Source: Isurus oxyrinchus (Eukaryota). From it: a stretch of 64,000 nt of DNA. This document shows positions 1 to 11,588 of the stretch, piece after piece; position 1 is the first letter of the stretch; each line of letters starts with the position of its first letter. The translations under genes and the position numbers were made by a program. The DNA lies in contig JANJGN010000016.1 in the NCBI GenBank assembly GCA_026770705.1, positions 25,234,001 to 25,298,000 on the forward strand, written 5' to 3'. The notes beneath the pieces are model-generated. The model worked only from the letters and a program-made list of their open reading frames with translations, had not been told where the DNA came from and searched no databases.

Positions 1-627
1 GTACATTTAAGCTACAGGTGCATACTAAAAAGTACTGCACTGGCTGAAACATGGTATTTGTGATCACAGGCAGAAAGTGGTGACAGAGGCAGGAGCAGGA
101 ATGCACTTTGTGGAGAACCAGCTTGCATTCTGCCTCATTGTAGAACCTGGTGAGCACAGGGTCTGCTTTTAGAAGAAGCACTGAGAGTTCATGCCTTCCC
201 TCAACAATCTTGAATTCTATAAATTGCAAAGGATTAGATAAAGTGAAGGAAAGAAACTAAAAGGTCATTGTTACCTTAGGGAATCCAAAATACTGATATA
301 TGGGGTAAATGCCTCTTTTAATGAAAAACTGTGAATGACTCTTTTCCTCCTTAATTAATAACCCGCTAATAAAATTGCTCTCGAGCACTTTGAAATGTGC
401 AACTTCTGAGTATGTGGGGAGTCAGGTTTCATTAAATGTGACGACATCTGTCACGAGATTATTTTATTCGTACCAATCTATTTAAACTTTGTTTCCTAGA
501 TGGTAGATTTTTGTCTCTACTAACATTTGGAGATTACCAATGTCAGTTCAATTAGGGAGTGGTAGGAAAGGGAAAGGAGGATGCAGGAAGCTTTCATCTC
601 TTTAATTACCCATAAATGCGTCTTTTT

Positions 628-1606
628 CTGATTGGCTAGGTGTGACAAGTGGAGTCCCGCGGGGGTCTGTGCTGGAACCATGTCAATGACTTAGATGAGA
701 GGAGCAAAGACATGGTAGCTAAATTTGCAGGTGACACAAAGATAGGTAGGGAAGTAAGTTGTGAAGAGGACATTGAAGGTTGCAGATGGATATAGATAGG
801 TTGAATATAATGTGGGAAAATGTGAAGTTATTCACTCTGGCAGAAAGAATAAAAAAGCAGAGAATTACTTAAACAGAGAATGACCACAGAATTTCAAGGT
901 GCAGGGGGATCTAGGTGTTCTAGTGCATGAGTCACAAAAAGATAGTATGCAGGCACAGCAGTAATTAAGAAGGCTAATGGAATGCTATCCTTTATTATGA
1001 GAGGAATTGAATATAAAAGTAAGAATGTACTGCTTCAATTATACAGGGCATTGGTGAGACCACATCTCAAATGCAGTGTGCAGTTTTGGTCCCCTTATTT
1101 AAGGGAGGATGTAAATCACAGAATGTTTGCTAGACTAATACCTGGAATGCGCGGGTTGTCAAACGAGGAAAGGTTGGACAGACTGGGCTTGTTTCCACTG
1201 GAGTTTAGAAGAGTGAGGGATGACTTGATTGAAGTATATATGATCCTGAAAGGTATTGACAAGGTGGACATGGAAAGGATGTTTCCTCTTGTGGGTGAGT
1301 CCAGAACTAGGGGACACTGTTTTAAAATTAGGGGTCACCCTTATAGGACAGAGATGAGGAGAATTTCTTTTCTCTCAGAGGGTTGTGCGACTTTGGAACT
1401 CTCTGCCTCAGAAGGCGGTGGAAGCAGGGCCACTGAAAAATTTTAAAGTGGAGGTAGATGGATTCGTTTTAGGCAAGGGAATCAAAGGTTATCAGATGTA
1501 GATGGGAAAGTGGAACATGAAGCACAAACAGATTAGCCATAATCTTATTGAATGGCAGAGCAGGTTCAAGGGGCCGAATGGCCTACTTCTGTTCCTATTT
1601 CGTATG
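628..1606 (+). mobile_element. CR1/HER1-like LINE, 5'-truncated 3' fragment
   Basis: RT C-terminal peptide (LYRALVRPHL..VQFWSPY; ORF 982..1446), GVPRGSVL remnant and 3' UTR GGGCCGAATGGCCTACTTCTGTTCCTA. Confidence 0.9.
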
Positions 1607-1732
1607 CAGTTTTAAAACCATGATCACACAAGATAATTTATAACTGTGGCAAAAGTACAAAATGATCACCATTTAATAACTTATAGGTGGTTACTAGAAT
1701 ATTGTATGTCCATTAAAACAAAATCATGTATA

Positions 1733-1887
1733 GGTCAGAATGTTCCAGCCCCTCACACCAGCAGGATCTTCTGGTCCCGCTGATGTGAATGGGGATTTCA
1801 ATGGTTTGCTGGCATTGGCACGGGGTACCTGACGCAGGGGAACCCGCAACGGTGGGGGGGCGGGGGGAGGGGTGGAAAATTCCGGCT
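1733..1887. mobile_element. Short Harbinger-type MITE (155 bp)
   Basis: Ends GGTCAGAATGTTCC / GGAAAATTCCGGCT with ATA...ATA 3-bp TSD. Confidence 0.7.
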
Positions 1888-2060
1888 ATAGATGCAAAAC
1901 ATTGTTAAGCCAGTTAGCTAAGATAAAAGAGTTAATTCTTCAACCTCATGCTCCCATAGGTATCCAAACGAAAAAGGGAGTATTGAAGCACAACATTAGG
2001 TCAACAATCAACACTTTAAGAAATAAACTCAACGAGGAGTTTTCATTTTAGATACAACAT

Positions 2061-3571
2061 GGCCCAGAAATTTGGGGCAGAATCTTCCAGTCCCACCAAC
2101 AGTGGGACACATGGCAGGTGAGGGAACTTAATTTTGTGGGAGGCCAAAAATCATTGGGATGAACTGTTGGAATTCTGTTCTCAGGACTTTAAGGTGGGTT
2201 GAAGGAGTGTCGAGCTTCCTGGCGAGCAAAGTCGGGAAGCTCTTTTGCATTCATTAGCATGTCATGTATGCACATTAAAAGGCCACCTCACAGAATTAAG
2301 TTCCCCTGCCAAATTAAGTTCCCTCAGCAGGAAATTAGAATGATCACCTTTAGGACAGTATATAAGTGGCGTGCACCTGGTAAGTTTCACCTCTTGCATG
2401 ACTTTGAGGTCAGTAGATGTTGATTTTGCCTTCCTGGGGATCGATCATAACTTCACTCATATCGGATACTGGTAGCACAAGCTACGCACATGCTGAAAGC
2501 TGGGTGGGTGGTGCTGGGAGAATGGGGGGGTGCGAGATGTAGGGTGGACAGGATGCAGGTTGCTGGACCTGAGAGGGGGGTGTTGGGAGGGAGGCTGTCC
2601 AGGTGCCCTATAAAAATGGTGCCCAGACCTTCGACCCCATGAAGTAATGCCAGGGATGGTGACTTCCTGCCCAGCCCTGCCGCTAGATTTCTCATGCTCT
2701 GCCCAGATGCATAAGTAATGAGTTGAGCAGCGCAAGATCCCAAGTTTTTAGCCATCTGTCCCCCAGCGAGAATCACTCACACTTCTGCGCCCGCCACTTA
2801 ACTTAGGCTTCAGAGTAGAAGATTCGCCTCCTTGGAGCGGGGAGAGGTTAGCGGGGGGTGGTGGTGGTGGGTGGTGCTCCTGGTTGCAAGTCTTGAGATG
2901 CCCTGATATTGAGCCCATAGTCTGATTTCCATTGAGCTGGTGTCCTGTAGAGAGTAACAGGTAACTTGCTGACCTAGTGGGCTTGATGATCTGGGCTTCC
3001 TGGACACCGGCAGCAGCCCTCAGGTGAGTGAGGAATGGGGAAGTGGGGTGATGGGGGAAGATAAGAGCAGGAGCAGGGGATGCAACATTGCCAGAAAATA
3101 AGGTGCCTGGAGGGAAAGAAGTTGTACCAAATGAGGGTGCGTGGCGTGATGCGGGCAGTGATAGTCAAAGGGAGTGACAGCTATTGGAGGAAAAAGAGCA
3201 GTGGCAGTCTGAGTGTGGGATGTGTGGGAGAGGAGGAAGGAAGGAAGGAAAGGGGAGGGTGGCAGTGATCAGAAGGTGGTGGGGCTGGAAGCAGCTGGCA
3301 GCTTCTTCCAGCTCTGTATTAAGATAATTTTATTTTAAAAGCCTAATCGTTAGCTGCGGCCTAACCAAACTTGCGAAAGGGGCCTCACAGGCATTAGGCC
3401 CTTTATTTGCACTTGCAGAGGACGGACCACCTGTTTCAGTCATGGGCACAGCACATACATTTATTGCTTCCTATCAATATGGCTGGTGGTGAATGTGAAC
3501 ATGCTGCTCGCTTCCTGGCTTCGGAGCTCCTTTTAGTGGCTAGGGAACAGGCACGGTCAAATTTCTAGGCT
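2061..3571. mobile_element. Composite non-autonomous Harbinger-like elements (inner element ~2075-2831)
   Basis: Outer ends GGCCCAGAAATTT / AAATTTCTAGGCT; inner begins GGGCAGAATCTT and ends AAGATTCGCCTCC, flanked by TTG/TTG; inner subterminal sequence resembles 27290-27460. Confidence 0.5.
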
Positions 3572-4620
3572 CTTATGCTCAAATAGATACTGCCACCACT
3601 GTCAGGAGTAACAAGAAGACTTTGAAAAATGCTCTTTTTAAAGGCCAAAGCATTGCCTTGACAACAATCTTTAAGGGTAAAATCTCCATTCTTAAAAATG
3701 CTATTTTCAGAATACAAAGAGTACAATTAATCTTAGGCTTTCTGTCGTTCTGCTTGATATGGTACTATATGATAAATATGACTCACAGCTCAACAATGAA
3801 TTCATCACATGCCAAGCAACACAAATGCTGAGGTGACTTGAGTTCATCAATGCCAATGATTACCTTGTACTCTCTAAAGCAGTAATAGGTTCTCAGTCTA
3901 GTAACTGAGTAATGGTTCATTTGGAAACAATCTTTTCATATAAGCACAAATAGCTTCAAACCACTGTTCCCAATGTTCAATCTCTCAGCTTGCTAACATC
4001 AGTTTGTAAAATCATTAATTCACAATAATTATGTAGCTGAATCTGAACTGTTTAAATTATTCTGTGCTTCTCTCGTCTCTGCACAAGTGCTATTGGATTT
4101 TCAGTGCATTTCAAGTCCAAAATCATTAATGGGGGGAAAATAATTACGTTTCTGCAGATGGCTATAGTCATTTAGCTCTGTGCACTTGCTTCTCATCTTG
4201 TGATCATTTGGGGGAGATGATAATATTCAGAAAATATTGATCTCAATCAAAGCATCTAACAAACCTAAGAAACTCGGGGGCCATGGAGTTAAAATTCAAT
4301 TTCGTCAGGAACATAAAATTGGGTGGTAGCGAACCATCCACCTGTCATATGCCCGCCTGATTTTCATTTCCAAGCAGTGTATATAATAAGTGACCAATCT
4401 GCTACCTCCTACTGAAGTTCAGTTTTACTCCCTAGATTCCTCATGGTTGTAAGATCTTCTCTTATGTCCTACAAACTGGAGGATCTGCAACAACAGACAC
4501 AGGGATATAACAGTTATATAAGTTGGGCACTCCTCCTTCTCCATCACTATCCCAAAACCTTCCCGCAGGAAGATATTTGTCTGCTGACTATTCTTCTCAG
4601 AGGGCAAAAAAAGCAATAAG

Positions 4621-4762
4621 AACAAATAATGCAAGAAATGTTCAGCAGGTACAGGCAGCCTGTGGAGAGAGAAATGGAATTAACACTTCAGGCCGATGAC
4701 CTTTCATTAAACCTACTGAGTACTTCCAGCATTTTTTATTTTTATTTCAGGTTTCCAGCTTC
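4621..4762. repeat. Penelope pLTR-derived short fold-back repeat (degraded)
   Basis: Inverted CAGCAGG..CAGC / CCTACTGAGTACTTCCAGCATTTT arms resemble the 3' tail of the Penelope elements at 46220-46270. Confidence 0.6.
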
Positions 4763-4905
4763 AACTCTTGTGTAAGAAGTAAGAGCTTAGTTAACTGCTG
4801 TGCAAAAGGATCATGAAAGGATTACAAATCTAAAAACAAATGAGATATAGTGTAAATAGGTAAAGTGATGAAAATAGAGAATACACTAGTGTGCACAGAG
4901 ACCTA

Positions 4906-5566
4906 GGGCAGAATTTTTATCATTGGTGAACGGGTGTAATCGGTGGATCCAGGATTGGCCGGGGAAGGACCACTGACCGTCCGACCACGATTTCACACTG
5001 GCTGGCTAATTAACGGCCAGCTAGCATAAAGCACGTGCTGAAACGCTCAGCGCTGCTGGGGTGGGGGTGGGAGGAAGGCGGGCGCTGTCTTTAACGCGAT
5101 CACGGGCGAATGTTGAGTGAAAGCTCCCTGAAGGTAGGGAGCTGATGACTTGAAAACAGTTAAATAAAGTTTGTAAGATCATGAAAAAACCGTCCGAGCA
5201 TCACAATCGGTCACCTGAAATTATACATGATAAAAATGCAGTCTATAGATTTTCATTTTTTAAATTTAACAATGGAAACCTCATCCCGACCTTGGATGAG
5301 GTTTCATGAAAAATGCAAAGTTCCCTCTGGCCGATTTGCCCATCCGTCAACCGTAAGGTTGGAGGGACCATGAAAAATCGGAGGCAATACAACTTTATAG
5401 GTCTCTGAATTGTCGGCTGGCATGCTTCCGGCTTTTGCGCGCGCCCGACCAAAATATCGTGCAAGCGTGGAATGACGTTGGGACGTTCACTCGACATCAT
5501 CTCGCGCAATTTTGTGTCCAATCGGGCCAGAGGCTTACCTGCACGCCAAACCTAAAAATTCTGCCC
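4906..5566. mobile_element. ~660-bp Harbinger MITE (GGGCAGAATTTT family)
   Basis: TIRs GGGCAGAATTTTT / AAAAATTCTGCCC, flanks CTA/ATA, internal GAAACCTCATCC..GGATGAGGTTTC palindrome. Confidence 0.88.
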
Positions 5567-5583
5567 ATAGGATAGATTTACAT

Positions 5584-6261
5584 GGGCAGAACTTTGCCCT
5601 TGTTGGGCGGGTGAGGGCGGTCGGGAAGCTGACCACTGCCTGCGATTGAGGCTGGACCGTGATTTCACGCTGGCAGGCCAATTAAGGCCCGCCCGGTGTG
5701 AAACACGAGCGGCAGTGCCCAGCGCTGCCTGTGTGGGCAGAGAAGGAGGGCGAGAGCATACTTCACGCATGCGTGATTGCACGCTTGAAAATCTCCCCGA
5801 GGCACAGAGCTGTCTCAGGAAGATAAACAGCTTTGAAAATTAGAAATAAAGATTTGAAAAACATGAGAAAACATGCCCCCTCTTGTGACTCAGTGATATG
5901 AGTAGGGACAGGTTATAAATGAAGTTTTAAACATTTTATGTTATTTGTAGTTGATGGTGGAAACCTCATCCTTCCCGCGGATGAGGTTTCCAAAAAAAAT
6001 GCAAAGGCCTCTTGGCTTTTTTGCCTGCCTGTCAACCGTAAGGTTGGGCAGGCAGTGAAAAATTTGTTTCAATGTCCTTGTTAATGGCCTTAATTGGACT
6101 TTTAATTGGCGGCGGGCACACTGCTGACTCCAGCTCACCTGCCGTCCGAAATATCGCGCGACTACATGATGATGTCGGGCGCTTGCCCAATGTCAACGCG
6201 CATCATTTTATTCTTGAGCGGGTCAGGTGCACACCCGCCTGCCGATGTAAAAATTCTGCCC
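5584..6261. mobile_element. ~680-bp Harbinger MITE (GGGCAGAATTTT family)
   Basis: TIRs GGGCAGAACTTT / AAAATTCTGCCC, flanks CAT/TAT, same internal motifs as the adjacent copy. Confidence 0.88.
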
Positions 6262-6332
6262 TATGTGTCTATATAGTTCCTATTTTCATATATGTCTCTT
6301 TGTTTTTCTATTTCTGCTGTGGTCCCATCTCT

Positions 6333-6984
6333 GAGCTGAATTTTGCCAAAGATGATCAAGCCCCTCCACCGGGAATAAAAGTGGGAGCCCACCCTGGGTG
6401 GCTGGTGATGACCTATTAACAGGCTGTGGTGGGACTTCCATCCAAATAAGGGAAGCGGCCTGCTCCCCAGGACTGGCAGCCCATTCACAGGGCCTGTATC
6501 GTCATGGCTTGTGGTGGCCATTGCTGAGGCTGCATCAAAAGGAAGGTGCCCTCGAAGACAGGTGAGCTTTTTTGGAGATACTGAGGTCAGGCTGACAGGC
6601 TCTGGCAATCGGGGAAGGCAGTATTTGTATGGCACTGGCGTCCTGGGTGCTGGGGCGGCCATTGCTCCTGGTGGACCCTCTGTGGACCATGATGTCCCCA
6701 TCAAAGAAGGCCATCCCCATCCTGGGAACCCACTCACAAGGGGAGGCAGGCGCTACCAACATGGGAAAAATGCCTGCTCAGGTGGGAAGTACCCCATAAC
6801 TGGGCGATTATAAATGGCTCAATTGGCTGTCAGGTGAGTGGCTGAGCCACTGAGGTTCCCATTGCTGGCAATATGACATAGCAGCAGGAAGATGTCCAGC
6901 TCCCACCCTGATACCTTCCCCAGGCATATTGCCAGCCCTCCCAACTCCCAGTCTGTCTCCAATGGTGCTGGGAAATTTCAGTCC
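6333..6984. mobile_element. Non-autonomous Harbinger-like element, second family
   Basis: Ends GAGCTGAATTTT / AAATTTCAGTCC with a GC-rich interior; TSD not clean. Confidence 0.55.
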
Positions 6985-7454
6985 ATTGTCTTTCAGCCAA
7001 GATTAGCTCTACTCTCTCCTCTACATCACCAACAGGAGCAACATTTTACAGAATGATGGGATAAATCATCCTGCCAGTCTATCTTCTTACAGTACCTAAT
7101 GGAAGGCACAACTAGAATGAGGCATTTAGTCTAGAAATCTAGGCAAGACCCTGCAAGATGGGAACAGTTGAATTCCGATGTCAAGGGCAGGATTTTAATC
7201 TGGGTCCCCAGCACTCATCCACAATTGTGCTGTTAAAAAATCTTTTTAAAATGACAGAGGTGACAAGTTAGTGTTAAGAAATTAATGATAGAAAGATGGA
7301 TTGCTCTGCTTCTAGTCGTAGCAAAGAGATTTAAAATCATGCTCAGTGCAAGGCTGAGCCAAACTTTGTGATTCCACCTGCTGCCCATAGGTGGCTTCAA
7401 AGAGCTACACCCAGACTAGCATTGGTGAGTAACTCACAATGCCCTACCTACATA

Positions 7455-9295
7455 CTGTAGATCAGCATGTATTAAGCCGAGCTGGCATATAAGATGACCC
7501 TTTTAGTGCTAAAAATCACGCTTTTGAATATACTCGTCATATAAATTGACTTCCCAATTTTCAGCTCCAAAGTGCCATACTCGCAATAATAGTTGGCCTC
7601 AATAAATGCACGTTCTACTTCCTTATTCTGTAAGTCCATGCGTGGGCTCAAGCAGGCTGTGTTGCAAAGAAAATGTGCGGGAGTTTAAGGCACGCCCACG
7701 GAGAGAAGACCACACATGGCATCGTGAGTTACAAACAGAAATGAGTGCTCCAGCAGAACGAATGAAGTATGAAGCTGTTTTCAAGCTGTAAGTCATAACA
7801 TTTGCTAACTCATCAAATAACTACTGTATGAGAGTATTCGGTGTTAGTGAAAAACTGGAATGGAGAAGGAATCCGCTCTGCAGAAGTTGCCAAAGTCCAA
7901 ATGAGCCCTGAGAACCGGGACCAGACATTGACCTGATCTTGAGGAGCATGTATCAGAATGGGTTCTGGAAAATTGTTAGAACGGTTACATTGTCACCAGA
8001 AATGCAACATGTATAGACATACTTAAGTGGGCCAAATCAAACGCTGAGTCCAGCAACAATTTCACACCAACAGCTATTTGCTGTAGCTGCTTTATGGAAT
8101 TAAACAGTATTGCCGCAGAAGACCAATATTACTCAGGGAACAGCAAAAGATTTTGCTGCCAAAATGACCAGTTTCCAATGATTCATCATCAGACAAAGCA
8201 TGAGTACACATTAAGTCACATTGGCAACATGGATGAAATGCCCATGGATTTCGATATGCCAGCAGCCATACTGTGGAGTGGAAAGTTTTGAAAACAGTTC
8301 TAGCCAAAATGACAGGGCAGGAAGACAAGATTCACAGCAGTGCGAGCCTGAATAGCCAATGGAACTAAATTAAAGCCTACTGTAATTTTCAAATGCTAAA
8401 CCATGCTGAACATCAAGTTCCCCACAGGAGTTTTTGTGCACGTCTATGACAACAGCTAGATGGATGAGGATGGAGTGAAGTTATGAATCTATATTGTGTG
8501 GAATAGCATCCCGGTGGCCTATATAAAGAATGCAGCTTATTAGTGTGAGGCGTATTCAGATTCCATGCAACCAATGAGACTAAGAGTTACCTGTGAAGAA
8601 ATAACATCCATGTTGCAGTTATACCAGGGGGGGGCTAACATCCATAGTGAGGATGTCTGCCTCAACAAGCCATTCAAGGATCATGTTCACGCTGAATGGA
8701 ATAGGTGAACAGTTAATACAGAAAAGACCTTAGCAAAAAGTTGAAATATGCATGCTGCCCCGCTTGATGTTCTGTGCGGCTTCATTACCAAATCATGGAA
8801 TACCATCGGTGCATAAGGATCATCATATTGTTCAAAAAATTGCAGAATTTCCAACTCAATGAATGAAGAGAGAGATGATTCGTTGTGGAGCGATAATTCT
8901 GAAAGCGAAAGGCCCACATCTGATCCAGAGTGGGATCCTTACAGTGATGCTACAGCCAAAGTGACTGAGAATGAGGTCAATGAGCTCTTTGCATTGGATG
9001 CCAAAGACAATAGCCGGGATTTTCTGGTCCTGTGACTGGTGGGACCCATTGCGGGCGAGACAGCCAGAAGTGCATTGACTTGCGATGGGACTGGAAGATC
9101 CTGGTGGCGAGTGGGTGCAGAAAATCCCACCCAATGAATTTAATGGTCTTAAAATGCTTTGATTGTGGTTAAAGGTGTCTTTATACAATTGATATGTTCA
9201 ATAAACCGTGCCACAATAATTTAATATGACTTGCCGATGTTACTTTTTTCACATTATATAATTTTACATTCAGTTTGAGGGTGAGAAATTTTGGT
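7455..9295 (+). mobile_element. pogo/Tigger-superfamily (POGK/Passer-like) DNA transposon relic
   Basis: TA|CTGTAGATCAGCATGTATTAAGCCGAG left end. Broken transposase from ~7741: Brinker-like KYEAVFKL*VI, then IGNMDEMPMDFDMP (ORF 8094..8291), VAVIPGG..DVCLNKPFKDHV and an acidic tail. Many stops; right TIR not seen. Confidence 0.85.
9012..9132. mobile_element. Short Harbinger-type MITE (121 bp) inserted in the pogo 3' end
   Basis: AGCCGGGATTTTCTG / CAGAAAATCCCACCC ends, AAT/AAT TSD, central AAGTGCATTGACTT shared with 25622-25737. Confidence 0.8.
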
Positions 9296-9309
9296 CTGGG
9301 ATGAGTGTG

Positions 9310-11085
9310 TTAAATTTGAATAAAGACAAGTACAAAGGTACAAGGACAGAGTTGTCTAAATTGGACTGGGTAAATAAATTAAAGGGTATGATGGTAGATA
9401 AGCAGGGTCAGAAACTTAAGAAGATATTTCATAATTCTCAACAAATTGAGAAAGAAACTCTAGAAGAAGGTTGAACCATCTGTGGCTAACTAAGGAACTT
9501 AAGGGTGGTAACAAATTGAAAGAAAAGGCATACAATGTTATGAAGCTTAGAGGTATGATAAAAGATTTAGAAACCAGCAAAGGCTGGACTAAAGGCTGAC
9601 AAGTCCCCTGGACCTAATTGGACTGCATCCGAGGGTCTTAAAAGAAGTGACTGCAGAGATAGTGGATGCATTGGTTGTAATCTTCCAAAGTTTGCTAGTT
9701 TCTGAAAAGAACCCAGCGTACTGGAAAATGGCAAACGTAGCACCTCTATTCAAGAAAGGAGGGTGACAGAAAGCGGAAATGTATAGGCCAATTAATTTCT
9801 ATCATTGGGAAAATACTGGAATCCATTATTATGGAAACAACAGCAGGGCATTTAGAAAATCATAATACAATCAAGTAGATGCTTTTATGAAAGGGAAAAC
9901 ATGTTTGACAAATTTATTAGGGTTCTTTGAGGATGTAAGGAACAGGGTGGATAAAGGGCACCCAGCAATGTAGTCTATTTTGATTTCTGAAAGGCATAAC
10001 AGGTTACACAAGGTAAGAGCCCACAGTTTTGAGGGTAATATATGAGCATGATTAGAGGATTGGCTAACAAACAGAAAACAGAGAGTTGGGATCAACGGGT
10101 CATTTCCATCTTAGTAACCAGTCTGGTATTCCACAGGGATCAGTGCTGGAGCCCCAACTTTTTACAATTTATATTAATAATTTGGAAGAAGGGGCCAAAC
10201 ATGCTGACAGTACAAAACAAGGTGGGAAAGCAAATTGTGAGGTGGACACAAAGCACCTGCAAAGGGATATAGATAGATTAACTGACTGGGCAAACATTTT
10301 GCAGTTGGAGGATAATATGAGAGAATGTAAGGTTGTAAGAATAGATTTTGTAAGAATAGAAAAGTCAAATATTTAAATGGGGAGAGACAACAAAATGCTG
10401 CAGTACAGAGGGATTGTACAAGAAACACAAAAGTTAGCATGCATGTACAGCAGGTAATTAGGAAGTCAAATGGAATGTAAGCCTTCATTGTAATGGGAAT
10501 GGAGTATAAAAGCATGGAAGTCTTGCCACAACTGTACAGGAGATTAAAGAGACTGTTTTCATCTCTTTATTTAAGGAGGGGAGACCTAAATTGGAGGCAG
10601 TTTAGAGAAAATTCACTAAGCTGATGCTGGGATGAAGGCATTGTCTTATGGGGAACATTTGAAAAAGATGGGCCTCAACACATTGGAGTTTAGAAAAATA
10701 AGGTGATTTTATTAAAACATATAAGGTTCTGATAGGGTAGATGCTGAAAGGATGTTCTCTCTTGTGGGGGAATCCAGAAGTAGGGGGCATAGTTTCAGAA
10801 TAAGGGGTCACTCATTTAAGATGGAGATGAGGAAGAATCTCTTCTCTCAGAGGATCATCAATCTTTGGAATGTTCTACTCCAAATAGCTGTGGAGGCTGT
10901 CATTGAATATATTAAAGGTCGAGATGCAAGGATTTTTGTACTACTGGGTAATCAATGGTTATGGTGAACAGGCAGGGAAATGGAGATAAAGCCAAGATCA
11001 GAACAACCATGATCTAATAAAATGGTGACACAGGCTTGCGGGACTGTCTGGTCTATTCATGCACCTATTTCTTACATTCTTACAC
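9310..11085 (+). mobile_element. CR1/HER1-like LINE, degraded ORF2 and 3' UTR
   Basis: KSPGP..LHPRVLKE, WKMANVAPLFKKG, GIPQGSVLEPQLFTIYIN remnants. Confidence 0.88.
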
Positions 11086-11575
11086 TTTGTCAGTGGTAGA
11101 GAATTCCAAAGATTCACAATCTTTTGAGTGAAGAAATTACTTGTCATCTCAGTGTAAAATAGGTGACACATTGTTCTGCAACTATGTCCCTAGTTCTATA
11201 CTCTCCAGCCAAGCGAAATATCCTGCCAACATCTACCGTGCCAAGTCACTTGAGAATTTTATACATTTTGATGAGATTACCTCACATTCTTCTAAACTCT
11301 AAGGATATGTGCCAAGTATATTCAACCTCTGCTCAATCCCCTTATGTGAGGAATCAATCTGGTGAACATTCGCTGCATTCCCTCCAATGTAAGTGTTAGG
11401 GTCTTGATCTTCCAGACAGGCTTCTCATTAGAAAAACTGAACTTTATTTACAGCAGCAGTTACATGCTTCCATCAAGCTCCAGGACTAGAAGAAGAACTC
11501 TCTCACTCTAAGGTTCCCTGCGCTTAGAGCTGATTCGGTCATACTGTCACTACATTCTTTAAAGCTGCAATTACA

Positions 11576-11588
11576 TTCCTCTCCCTTT
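11576..11588 (-). promoter_or_regulatory. Polypurine tract of the LTR element
   Basis: AAAGGGAGAGGAA immediately before TGTAA of the 3' LTR. Confidence 0.85.

Noticed and set aside
4906-6984. Short ORFs in GC-rich MITEs (e.g. the recurrent LNWPA peptide)
   Set aside because: Recurrence reflects the shared TTAATTGGCC DNA motif, not coding function
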